From assembly GCA_020348925.1 (NCBI GenBank), contig CP070758.1, forward strand, positions 4,461,775 to 4,525,774: a stretch of 64,000 nucleotides of DNA. The letters run 5' to 3'. Of this stretch, positions 7,739 through 17,302 are shown one piece after another. The position numbers and the translations under genes were made by a program. The notes beneath the pieces are model-generated. The model saw nothing but the letters and a program-made list of their open reading frames with translations, made no database searches and had not been told where the DNA came from. The number at the start of each line of letters is the position of its first letter. Within the stretch, counting starts at the first letter, position 1. Source of the stretch: Gemmatimonadota bacterium (GTDB taxonomy: Bacteria > JBHIER01 > G020348925).

Positions 7739-8989
7739 ATGAAGACGAAGCGAAAGATCATACTGTACAGTGTGCGCACGATATGCCTGATGGGGGTTCT
7801 CTGGCTATGTATGCAACCCCTGTCGAGGGCATGAGAGGATACAATTTCGTACCTCAATCTGGATAATGCGGAAATTCACTCGGTCTTTCGGTACTTATCG
7901 GAGGTGAGTGGTGTGAACATCATCGCCGATCATGATGTGCAAGGGGAAGTTTCCCTCCACCTTGAGGAAGTGACCTGGCGTCAGGCGTTGGATGCAATCA
8001 CTACCTCTCAGGGACTCTATTCGAAAGAGACCGATGAGTTCATACGAGTGATGACGCAGGAGTCGTATTACGATGAACAACTCAAAGTGCACTCGGAAAG
8101 AATGGAACAGGAAAAAGTGATCGGTCTGGAACAGATCGTGGTGAAAGTTGAGAATGCCAAAGCCGATGACATCGAAGGTTCTGTTAAAAATTTATTATCG
8201 GATAGGGGCAGAATAGGGATTGACCAGAGGACGAATTCATTGGTGATCTCTGACGTACCGACGCGGCTTCCTTTAATCGAAGAGACAATTCAAAGCCTGG
8301 ACACCAAGACTCCCCAAATTACGATTGAGACGAAACTGGTCGAGTTGAATAATCGTGCGCTCAGTGAGATTGGCATCGATTGGACGGCGATGACGTCGAC
8401 CGGGGATATTATCCAATTCCTCGGGGCCAAAGCGATTATGGAGACCACTGCTGTTGGGCAGGTTTTGTACAGCACCTTGGGTCACGACGTGAGTCTGGAC
8501 GGCGTTCTCAAAGCCGTGGAAACCGGCAATCTGGGTGAAATTGTCGGATTGCCGAAGATTACGGTTGTGGATCACAAGGAAGGGCTCATTTTCATGGGGG
8601 AGAGAGTTCCGCTGACCACAGTCGACTTCTCAGGAAATGTTGTTGTCAGAATGGAGGAGGTCGGAACGGAGCTGGCGGTTACCCCGCATATTACAGAAGG
8701 AAATAAGATTTTGTTGGAATTGAAACCTGAGCGGAGTGCCGTGACGGAGGTGATTCCGGGGGTGGGATATCGCATGAGCACCCAGCGAGCATCGACGGAA
8801 GTGGTTGTTGACGATGGAGATACGGTCGTCATCGGTGGATTGCGGACCACAGAGGAGACCAACCTCCAAAAGGGTGTTCCCATTCTGAAGGAGATTCCCC
8901 TTGTGGGAAGCCTGTTTCGATACACGCGCAGCGAAGTTCTTGAAAAGGATCTCATCATCTTTGTCACGCCGACGATAGTAAATCATTAG
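7739..8989 (+). CDS. pilQ: Type IV pilus secretin PilQ, interrupted by an in-frame TGA at 7832-7834. The longest uninterrupted ORF is 7904..8989.
   Basis: ATG 7739 encodes a signal-peptide-like MKTKRKIILYSVRTICLMGVLWLCMQPLSRA, then TGA. The same frame continues EDTISYLNLDNAEIHSVFRYLSEVSGVNIIADHDVQGEVSLHLEEVTWRQALDAI, which is a secretin N0 domain. The C-terminus VPILKEIPLVGSLFRY..IIFVTPTIV is the secretin signature. Confidence 0.85.
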
Positions 8990-9052
8990 AGATGAAACAT
9001 AGCGTTTCGGGGCGAGGCGAGTTCGTCTCGGCTTTTAGGGAGGCACAGAACA

Positions 9053-12000
9053 ATGAAAACAATACGATCCGGTGTATTGATAGTGTTGGGAGCAATCGTC
9101 GCGTCCGGTCTCTTGCTGGGAGTATGGATCGGATGTGAGAAAAAAGGAGGCTTGGGCCCTCCGGTTGGGGAATCCCATCTGACGATCGCATCGTTGACGA
9201 CCAGTCTGTCATCGATTCAGACGGGTGGCCAGACCGCAATTATTACGGCCGTCGTCACAGATTCCATAGGTGACCCTCGACAGGACGTGGTTGTTCTCTT
9301 TTCTACGACCGTAGGGAGCATCACATCACCGGCGACGACGGATAGTCTCGGTATGGCGCGGGCGACCTTAACGAGCGGATCCGCCTCTGGGCGGGCGAAA
9401 ATTACGGCCAGTATCGAATCTGAGGATGTTTCCAAGGTCGTTTACGTTCAGATCGGTGCCGTGACCTCGAGAATTACGGTGACGGCCTCCGAATTGGTGA
9501 TCTATGCGAACGGAGCATCAACATCATTGATTACGGCGACGGTGTTCGATTCCGCCGGGCTGCCACATCCGGGTGTGGCTGTCACCTTCACCACGACAGC
9601 CGGCCAAGTCCTGCAGCCCACCGGCTGGACAGGACCCGAAGGAACGGTCACGACCCTACTGGTGAGTGCGGCCAGAGTGACTGATATTACGGCGACGGTG
9701 ACGGCGGCGATCTCCGCGGGTTCCACGGCGAAGGGCTCCGATCCGTCGGATGCGGTTGCACTTCCGTCTCGGAAATCAGGGGGTAAAAAAGGAGTACAAG
9801 CGCGGAAGTCGCAAGCCGGCTCCGAGCTCGGGGTCGGTGCCAGGGGGAAAATTCTCAGCTCGGCTTTCGTCAACGTCGCGTTCATTGGCGTGACATTGAC
9901 GACGACGGTCGATCCCCCGCAGATTGCGGCCGATGAAGCAGAAGTATCCACCGTCACCGTCAACCTCAGGGAGACCACAACAACGATCCCCATCCCGAAC
10001 GCTCAGATTTTCTTCGGGACGAATCTGGGCACGATTGAGGGTGGCGCTGTGACCGATCTCAGTGGTGTGGCGACAGTGGCCCTGACGAGCGGCTCTGATG
10101 CCGGAGAAGCTCACGTGAAAGTGTATTACGGAGCTCTCGTTGATACAGTATTCGTTACCATTACTGCGACGAGTGATTTGACGATGATTTTTCAGCTCAA
10201 TGCGAATCCGACCACCCTTGATGCAAACGGTTCGAGCCAGACCGTCGTGACGGCAACGCTGAGCGATGCGCAGAACAATAATCCCGTCGTCGGAGTGAAG
10301 ATCAATTTTAAGACGACCCTGGGAACAATCACATCATATGATACGACCGATGCCTTCGGTCTGGCCAGGGCGACGCTGACCAGTGCCAGACGGAACGGGA
10401 CAGCAGTTGTCACAGCGTCCTACGCATCGTTGTCGAAGGTGATCCAGATCCAGTTCAAGGGGGTGTCGCTCCACGTTGCGGCCAATCCCACCAACCTGAG
10501 CGCCGATGGCACGACGGCATCCACAGTTGTTTTTACGCTGAAAGATGCGGCGAACATCCCCATCTTTGGAGAGCCGTGTTCCTGCTCATCTGAAATTGGG
10601 GTACTGTCTTCTGATCCGGTGTCACAGGGGTCGAGCGTTTTCGTCGATACGACCGATGTCAATGGCGAAGTGGTTGCGTATCTCAAGAGCGAGCAGCCGG
10701 GAATTGACATTGTCAAGGGTGAAGCGGCCGGGTCTCGCGACTCGACGGAGGTCCATTTTACCGGGTACGAATTCACCGTTCGCCCGAACAGATCTGAGAT
10801 TAAGGCGAACGGGGATACGGTGACGGTCGTCGCCGAACTGAAAAACAGCTTCGGAGTTCCTGAGCAAGATGCGCATGTGCGGTTTGCTACGACCCTGGGA
10901 AGGATCACTTTCTCTGACATGACCGATTCCGAGGGCAAGGCGAGGGCTCTTTTGACCAGTGAATACACCTCGGGTACGGCCACAATTTCGGCGCACGCGA
11001 CAACCGCCGAGGGACCTGTCACGGCTGAGACGACAGTGCTGATTCGTTCGGCCGCCTCAGACACGATTCTCCTGAGTGTTGATCCGAAAGTGGTCGCTGT
11101 GGGTGGTGGGAAAAGCGGCACGGCAACGCTCACTGCTCTCGTGTTGGATGGCTGGAATCCGGGCAACCCGGTTTCAAATGTCCTTGTATCTTTTACGTTT
11201 GTCGAAAATCCTGGGAACGGAGAGTACATCAATCCGGGGACGGCGACAACGGATATGAGTGGGAAAGCTGTGACGAGCTTCGTGAGTGGTGCCATTGCCA
11301 GTGAATTTGAGGGAATCAAGATCATCGCGTCGGCGGATGGCATCGTTTTTTCGGATACGGTCAAGCTCACCGTCGCAGGAGCCCCTGCCTCCGTTGCCGT
11401 CGGCTACGACACCGATTCCTTTACCGACAATGAGAACGGAACGTATACCCTGTCGGTGGCAGCGATCGTCGCCGACGCCAACGGCAATCCGGTTGTGGAC
11501 GGTACCTGGGTCTATTTCAGCTCATTCCCGAATATAGGGGTTGTCGAAAGCCCGGTTCAGACGGAAGATGGTATCGCCTCGTCCCAATTGAGCTACCCGG
11601 CGAGTTCGGTCGGTGAGGATATCACATTATACGCCGAGAGCGGCGGTGTCGAGGGGAATAAATCGTTCGGTTTGCCCGGACCAGCCGGCAATGCCAACAA
11701 AGTGGAATTGAATATCCTCGCGTCGAATATCCTCGCCAACGGCTTGTCGACAACTCTGGTCGATGCTCTTGTGACCGATGTTTTCAACCGTCCGGTCGGC
11801 GGGGCCATGGTTTATTTCGAAGTGCTTGATGGTCTGGGCGCTGTGACGAATGTGGCTTTTACGGTGACCGACCCCACGCGTGACGATTTCGGAGTCGCGC
11901 ATGCAACCTACACGAGCTATGCGAGTCCTGTTGACATCATCGTGTCCATACGCGCCTATGTTCTCGGTGCCGCGGAGGATGACATCATCGAAATTTTTCT

Positions 12001-13309
12001 GAGGGGCATCACCCTTGAGACAACCGCCTATCCCGACTCGCTTCCGGCTGACGGAACGAGCCAAGCGACCATTACCACAATGGTCAAGGAGACTGTCAGA
12101 GAGATTCCTATAGCTTTTGGGACGGTCAGTTTTGGAACTGAAATGGGGACGATTGTCGGTTCGGCTGTAACTGACGCGAGCGGTGAGGCCACTACGATTC
12201 TCACCAGCGATACAAGGATTGGGATGACCAGAGTGCTTGTGAGCTACGGTGAGACGCTCCTTGATTCCACTTTTGTGAAATTTACAGGACACGGTCCGTC
12301 GCAGATCGTAATTGTCTCCGCTGAACCGGATTCAATTGGCGTCATGGGAGGCGGTTACAACGAGTCTGCGGTTTTCGTGTTCGAGGTGAGAGATGACAGG
12401 GGGCGGCCGATCAGCTCCGATAATCCGCAGCAGGTCTCCTTTACAATGAACGGAGTCCCGCTGGTCAACCCCCCAGGAGGGCATGTGCCGTTTCTCGTAC
12501 CTGAGAGTGCCACAACTGACCAATTGGCTCGTGTCTCAACGGTCTTGAACAGTGGTTCGAAAGCGGGAGCCGTTGAAGTTGTCGCTTCCCTTGGTGCAAT
12601 CCGGTCGACCCCGGTTCGAGTTGCGATTCACGGCGGTTCACCGGATGGTGACCATTTCAGTATTGCGGCCGGTCACGTCAATATTGCTGGCCTCATCTAC
12701 TCGGGAATCATTGATACCATCACAGCCTTTGTCGGCGATCGCTACGCCAACCCAGTGCCTGAGAATACGGCCGTCTATTTTACGACGTCCGGAGGGATCA
12801 TCGAGGGTTCGGCGGTCACAGATCGGCTGGGAACGGCGAGCGTGGTTCTGATATCCGCGGATCCAAGACCGGTGGATGGTTGGGTCACCGTGACGGCCCA
12901 GACCGTCGACGGTGAGGGCCAGACGATTGAGGATACTATGCCTATTCTCTTTTCCGGGTCGACCGTCATTTCGAATGTGACACCGGGCACTTTTAATATC
13001 CCACAGGGCGGATCTCAATCTTTCCAGTACACTGTCTCGGATAGGAATGGGAATCCTTTGACCGCAGGTACTCGAATCAGAGTTACGGCCACAAAGGGAT
13101 TGTTGGGGGGAGCGGTTGATTTCAGATTGGCCGATACTCAGTCTCCGTTGGCAACACAGTTTTCCTTCGTGCTCTCTGATCCGGACGCCACCGACGAAGC
13201 ACCGACGGAGGGTTCGACAATTACCATAGAAGTTCTCACGAGTGATGTGGATTGTCCGCCGTGTCCCAGCGGGGACGCAACGATTTCTATTTCGGGAAGT
13301 ATCGACTAA
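9053..13309 (+). CDS. Giant lipoprotein made of about 14 bacterial Ig-like (Big_1, invasin/intimin-type) repeats; putative adhesin
   Basis: The signal peptide has a lipobox (..LLLGVWIGC). A repeat of the form AxVxDxxGxPxxxVxVxFxTTxGxI....TDxxGxAxAxLTSGxxxGxAxVTA recurs throughout the protein. Confidence 0.8.
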   Translation: MKTIRSGVLIVLGAIVASGLLLGVWIGCEKKGGLGPPVGESHLTIASLTTSLSSIQTGGQTAIITAVVTDSIGDPRQDVVVLFSTTVGSITSPATTDSLGMARATLTSGSASGRAKITASIESEDVSKVVYVQIGAVTSRITVTASELVIYANGASTSLITATVFDSAGLPHPGVAVTFTTTAGQVLQPTGWTGPEGTVTTLLVSAARVTDITATVTAAISAGSTAKGSDPSDAVALPSRKSGGKKGVQARKSQAGSELGVGARGKILSSAFVNVAFIGVTLTTTVDPPQIAADEAEVSTVTVNLRETTTTIPIPNAQIFFGTNLGTIEGGAVTDLSGVATVALTSGSDAGEAHVKVYYGALVDTVFVTITATSDLTMIFQLNANPTTLDANGSSQTVVTATLSDAQNNNPVVGVKINFKTTLGTITSYDTTDAFGLARATLTSARRNGTAVVTASYASLSKVIQIQFKGVSLHVAANPTNLSADGTTASTVVFTLKDAANIPIFGEPCSCSSEIGVLSSDPVSQGSSVFVDTTDVNGEVVAYLKSEQPGIDIVKGEAAGSRDSTEVHFTGYEFTVRPNRSEIKANGDTVTVVAELKNSFGVPEQDAHVRFATTLGRITFSDMTDSEGKARALLTSEYTSGTATISAHATTAEGPVTAETTVLIRSAASDTILLSVDPKVVAVGGGKSGTATLTALVLDGWNPGNPVSNVLVSFTFVENPGNGEYINPGTATTDMSGKAVTSFVSGAIASEFEGIKIIASADGIVFSDTVKLTVAGAPASVAVGYDTDSFTDNENGTYTLSVAAIVADANGNPVVDGTWVYFSSFPNIGVVESPVQTEDGIASSQLSYPASSVGEDITLYAESGGVEGNKSFGLPGPAGNANKVELNILASNILANGLSTTLVDALVTDVFNRPVGGAMVYFEVLDGLGAVTNVAFTVTDPTRDDFGVAHATYTSYASPVDIIVSIRAYVLGAAEDDIIEIFLRGITLETTAYPDSLPADGTSQATITTMVKETVREIPIAFGTVSFGTEMGTIVGSAVTDASGEATTILTSDTRIGMTRVLVSYGETLLDSTFVKFTGHGPSQIVIVSAEPDSIGVMGGGYNESAVFVFEVRDDRGRPISSDNPQQVSFTMNGVPLVNPPGGHVPFLVPESATTDQLARVSTVLNSGSKAGAVEVVASLGAIRSTPVRVAIHGGSPDGDHFSIAAGHVNIAGLIYSGIIDTITAFVGDRYANPVPENTAVYFTTSGGIIEGSAVTDRLGTASVVLISADPRPVDGWVTVTAQTVDGEGQTIEDTMPILFSGSTVISNVTPGTFNIPQGGSQSFQYTVSDRNGNPLTAGTRIRVTATKGLLGGAVDFRLADTQSPLATQFSFVLSDPDATDEAPTEGSTITIEVLTSDVDCPPCPSGDATISISGSID

Positions 13310-13321
13310 GGAGAACATGTC

Positions 13322-14038
13322 ATGAAACGATCTGTTGTATTTCTCATGTGCTGTGCATTGGGTGGGAGCGGACCATCTCTCATATTCGCCTCGTCCCCGG
13401 GAAATCCGCTTCTGAATGTTGGAAAAGGACGCTTGACCGTGAGCGCCGAGTGGGAACATACAAATCGCACCTTGGATTTGGATGACGAGTCCGATGTGAT
13501 GTCGAATCGGTATTGGCTCAAAGGAACCTACGGCTTCTCCGAGTGGTTCGATATCACAGGAGCGGTCGGTGGTGTCGATTTTGACGTATCGACCGCACAG
13601 GATGCAGGATTCCGATCCTTTGAGAGCCATCATCTAACCTTCGGTTTTTCTGGTGGTTTGAAATTTCGAGTTGCGCACAACGAGAAGCGAAACATGACGA
13701 TTTTGGCGACCGTGAACGGTTCTCACATGGAATCCGAGAACTTTGTCGGATCATCGCCACCTTCCGATCTTGTCTGGAATGAGGTTCAGTCAACGGTTGC
13801 GGTCATGAAGGGTTATGGATTTGCTTATCCCTATGTCGGCGCTTCGTACTCACTTGTTGATGGTGAATTGAACTATGGAAGCTCTGAGGACTTTCGCGAT
13901 CCAGGTGGGCTTCTCCTGGCAGGCGTTGACTTCTCGCTTCCAAGCCGCTACATGCTCAGTATCGAAGTGAACAGTCGCATCGGCGGCACGTGGGATGAGA
14001 TCTCCTTTTGTGTCGGATTGAGCCAGGGGACAAAATAG
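13322..14038 (+). CDS. Small outer-membrane beta-barrel protein (putative)
   Basis: It has a signal peptide (MKRSVVFLMCCALGGSGPSLIFA). Alternating hydrophobic and aromatic beta-strand patterns run along its length. It starts 12 nt after the Big_1 gene. Confidence 0.5.
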   Translation: MKRSVVFLMCCALGGSGPSLIFASSPGNPLLNVGKGRLTVSAEWEHTNRTLDLDDESDVMSNRYWLKGTYGFSEWFDITGAVGGVDFDVSTAQDAGFRSFESHHLTFGFSGGLKFRVAHNEKRNMTILATVNGSHMESENFVGSSPPSDLVWNEVQSTVAVMKGYGFAYPYVGASYSLVDGELNYGSSEDFRDPGGLLLAGVDFSLPSRYMLSIEVNSRIGGTWDEISFCVGLSQGTK

Positions 14039-14087
14039 CCCTGCACGAGGGAAAAGGTCTCCATCTTCAATACGAAGCAATTCCGTT

Positions 14088-15782
14088 ATGAAATTAGTCG
14101 AGTGTGTCCCTAATTTCAGCGAAGGACGTGATAGCGCTGTTCTTGACGCCATTGCTGCTGCCATAGCGAGTGTCCAGAGTGTGAAACTCCTGGATGTTGA
14201 TCCGGGGGAGGACACCAATCGGACGGTCGTCACCTTCATTGGATCTCCTGAGGGAGTGGTGGAAGCGGCGTTCCAGGCTATCCGTACCGCTGCCGAACTC
14301 ATTGACATGAGAACCCACACAGGAGCTCACGCCCGCATGGGTGCCACAGATGTGTGTCCCTTTGTGCCTGTGTCAGGGGTGACGATGGAAGATTGTGTCG
14401 CCCTGGCCAACGCGTTGGGCCAGCGGGTCGGCGAGGAACTGAACATACCGGTCTACCTCTATGAGGAAGCGGCCAGGAAACCGGAGCGTCGAAATTTAGC
14501 CGTGGTTCGTCGGGGTGAGTATGAGGGCTTGCCAGAGAAGCTGGCCGATCCCAACTGGCAGCCCGATTTCGGACCGGCTCTTTTTAATCCGAGATCAGGA
14601 GCGACCGTAGTCGGCGCACGAGAGTTTCTCATAGCCTACAATGTGAACCTGAACACGAAGGACCGGAAGCTGGCTCACGATATCGCCTTGACCATTCGGG
14701 AGGGGGGGCGGGCCAAGAAAGATATTCATAAGAGAATCATCAGGGACGAAAACGGAAAAGCCATAAAGATACCCGGAAAACTCAGAGCCTGTAAGGCAGT
14801 GGGGTGGTATATTGATGAATATCGCATGGCTCAGATATCGATCAATCTTGTCAATTATAACGTCACGCCGCCACACATGGCTTTCGAGACGATACGAGAG
14901 GAGGCCAGCGTTCGGGGATTGCGGGTTACTGGAAGTGAGTTGGTGGGACTCATTCCGAAAGAAGCGATGCTCATGGCCGGCCGTTACTATTTACGGAGAC
15001 AGGGGAAATCTGCGGGGGTTCCGGAGGAGGAGCTCATTCGGGTTGCCGTCCATTCTCTGGGGCTCAATGAGATCGCTCCCTTTGATCCCCGGCAGAAGAT
15101 AATTGAATACCAATTCGGTTCCGGACCACAGTCCCTGACAGGCAAATCATTGAGAGAATTTTCGGATGAGGTTTCGACGGATTCACCAGCACCGGGCGGC
15201 GGGAGTGTGGCAGCGCTCTCCGGAGCGCTGTCCGCGTCTCTCAGCGCCATGGTAGCGAACCTAACTCACGGGAAGGGTGAATATGAGAGTGCCTGGAGCC
15301 TCATGGAGGAGATCGCCTGCGAGGCTCAACGGCTCAAGGATTTTTTTCTCGATGCCGTTGAGGAGGATACGGCCGCTTTCAATCGTGTGATGGATGCCCA
15401 CAGGTTGCCGAAAAAGACTGAGGAGGAGAAGAAACACCGTGTCGCAGCAATTGACGAGGCGACCAAAGAGGCGGCCCGAGTACCGTTACGTGTCATGGAG
15501 AAAGCTCTTGAAACATTGGAGCTTGCCAAGACCGTGGCCGAGAAAGGCAATGTGAATTCAGTCAGCGATGCCGGTGTGTCCGCCATCGCAGCCAAGGCCG
15601 CAGTGGATGGTGCTGCCCTCAATGTGCTCATTAATCTCGGATCCATTGAGGATCAGAAATTTGTGAAGTCCTGTCGCAAAGATGTTGCGGCGATTCAAAA
15701 GACCGTAGCCCCGCTGGTCGAAGAGATATTGGCCTGTGTTTCAACGAAGATGAACGCAGATGCGTCACATGGAAATCTCTGA
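14088..15782 (+). CDS. ftcD: Bifunctional glutamate formimidoyltransferase / formimidoyltetrahydrofolate cyclodeaminase
   Basis: The N-terminus MKLVECVPNFSEGRD is the formiminotransferase signature. The C-terminal third (..SPAPGGGSVAALSGALSASL..) matches the cyclodeaminase domain. Confidence 0.85.
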   Translation: MKLVECVPNFSEGRDSAVLDAIAAAIASVQSVKLLDVDPGEDTNRTVVTFIGSPEGVVEAAFQAIRTAAELIDMRTHTGAHARMGATDVCPFVPVSGVTMEDCVALANALGQRVGEELNIPVYLYEEAARKPERRNLAVVRRGEYEGLPEKLADPNWQPDFGPALFNPRSGATVVGAREFLIAYNVNLNTKDRKLAHDIALTIREGGRAKKDIHKRIIRDENGKAIKIPGKLRACKAVGWYIDEYRMAQISINLVNYNVTPPHMAFETIREEASVRGLRVTGSELVGLIPKEAMLMAGRYYLRRQGKSAGVPEEELIRVAVHSLGLNEIAPFDPRQKIIEYQFGSGPQSLTGKSLREFSDEVSTDSPAPGGGSVAALSGALSASLSAMVANLTHGKGEYESAWSLMEEIACEAQRLKDFFLDAVEEDTAAFNRVMDAHRLPKKTEEEKKHRVAAIDEATKEAARVPLRVMEKALETLELAKTVAEKGNVNSVSDAGVSAIAAKAAVDGAALNVLINLGSIEDQKFVKSCRKDVAAIQKTVAPLVEEILACVSTKMNADASHGNL

Positions 15783-15810
15783 GGTGACAGCGTGATGGAA
15801 CAAGAGATGA

Positions 15811-16881
15811 TTGACTGAAAAGAAATCTGATGGGATAAGAGATGATATTATGAAACGAAAAGCGATAGCAGAGGATGTAGGACTCGGACGGGTAAAAATT
15901 GTGTGTCGGCATGACGCTATGCGCGAGTTGATCGAGAAGTCCGAACGGATCGCACAGAATCCTCATATTACGGTGCTGATCCGTGGCGCAAGCGGTACGG
16001 GAAAAGAGCTCATAGCCCGACTCATACACTCGAGGGGACCATCAAATGCGGGCCCGTTTGTCGAAATTAATTGCTCGGCCATTCCTGATACCTTATTGGA
16101 GGCCGAACTGTTCGGGCACGAAAAAGGCGCTTTCACAGACGCGAAAATCAAGAAAAAGGGTCTTTTTGAATTGGCCGACGGTGGAACGGTTTTCTTAGAT
16201 GAGATTGGGACGATGAGTATGAAATTGCAGTCCAAACTGCTTCGCGTCATCGAGGAAAAGCGGTTCATGCGTCTGGGCGGCACCGAGGAGATCGAGGTCA
16301 GCGTCAGAATTATTGCCGCGACAAATATCGACTTGGAGAAAGCGCTCGAAGACGGGACCTTTCGAGAGGATCTCTACTATCGCTTAAATGTTATCTACTT
16401 GGAATTGCCTCTGCTGCGGGATCGGGGCGACGACGTTATTCTCCTGGCGGAGCATTTTCTTAACCGTTTTTCATCCGAATACAACCGGGATATCCGGGGA
16501 CTCTCACCGGAGGCGAAACAGGTTCTCAGCGAGTACGCGTGGCCGGGAAACGTCCGGGAATTGAAAAATACGATTGAGCGGGCTGTCTTTATGGGCAGCG
16601 GAGATGTGATTGAACCGGAGCATCTGGAGATTACGCGACGGGTCAGAGAACCTCTCTCGAAGGCCAGTATGTCCCCAGTGACGGTGACGTCGACAGGTAA
16701 AATCGAAATTAATTTTCCTTCAAGCGGCATATCCTTGGAAGCAGTTGAGCAGAGATTGATTCAGAGTGCTCTTGAAGCGTGCCGCTGGAACGTGAGCCAA
16801 GCTGCAAAACTTCTTTCACTCTCCCGGGACACTCTGCGCTATCGTATTAAAAAATTCGACCTCGATTCCCAGGAAACCTGA
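15811..16881 (+). CDS. Sigma54-dependent transcriptional activator (AAA+ EBP with a Fis-type HTH and no receiver domain)
   Basis: Walker A GASGTGKE, ELFGHEKGAFTDA (a variant of the GAFTGA loop), and the C-terminal HTH NVSQAAKLLSLSRDTLRYRIKKF. The start is TTG 15811 or ATG 15850. Confidence 0.85.
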   Translation: MTEKKSDGIRDDIMKRKAIAEDVGLGRVKIVCRHDAMRELIEKSERIAQNPHITVLIRGASGTGKELIARLIHSRGPSNAGPFVEINCSAIPDTLLEAELFGHEKGAFTDAKIKKKGLFELADGGTVFLDEIGTMSMKLQSKLLRVIEEKRFMRLGGTEEIEVSVRIIAATNIDLEKALEDGTFREDLYYRLNVIYLELPLLRDRGDDVILLAEHFLNRFSSEYNRDIRGLSPEAKQVLSEYAWPGNVRELKNTIERAVFMGSGDVIEPEHLEITRRVREPLSKASMSPVTVTSTGKIEINFPSSGISLEAVEQRLIQSALEACRWNVSQAAKLLSLSRDTLRYRIKKFDLDSQET

Positions 16882-17220
16882 GCGCACCGTTTCCTTCCCC
16901 TCGCATTTCTATTTCATCGCAAATATTTTAAAAGTTCTCATTTCTTCCAACCGACGTACTCCTGTCTCGATGTACAATAAGAACGTATATGGGGCAAATT
17001 TCCCACGGCATTGCTCTTTTCATATATTTGGGTTATATCTCCCTGAACGGCAGCCTCGCAGCTTTGACATCCTGCCAGATCGTCCGCTCGCTGAGAGGTT
17101 CAGTGCTGTCGAATAATATATTATAAGATATTGTATTTTAAGTGAATACGTTATTTTCTCTGGGAGACTGTTGCCGGTTCATTCCCTTTTTTTGAAATAC
17201 TGTGAGCAGTCGGGTGGAGC

Positions 17221-17236
17221 GGGTACATTTTTTGCA
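17221..17236 (+). promoter_or_regulatory. Putative sigma54 (-24/-12) promoter upstream of the TPR/GGDEF/HD-GYP operon
   Basis: gGGTAC-ATTTT-TTGCA matches TGGCAC-N5-TTGCA. GG lies at 17222-17223 and GC at 17234-17235. It sits about 67 nt upstream of the TPR gene start and downstream of the EBP gene. Confidence 0.45.
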
Positions 17237-17302
17237 GAATTTATGCCTGAACGTTTGAAGTTGATAAATACGGTCTGTGGGACATAACAGGAATAGAGAG
17301 AG

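Noticed and set aside
7832-7860. Selenocysteine insertion at the pilQ TGA; a 7-bp bulged hairpin, GAGGATAC-aatttc-GTACCTC, starts right after the codon
   Set aside because: The hairpin does not look like a bacterial SECIS as I know it, in either apical loop features or spacing. A Sec residue at a signal-peptidase junction of a secretin has no functional rationale. No sel genes are in view. The site is kept only as a generic readthrough candidate.
10420-13633. Long antisense ORFs inside the Big_1 gene (10420..11370, 11627..12292 and 12638..13633, all on the - strand)
   Set aside because: They lie entirely antisense to a gene with strong repeat-domain evidence. Their translations are low-complexity and Ser/Pro/Arg-rich, with no recognisable motifs. 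They are typical shadow ORFs.
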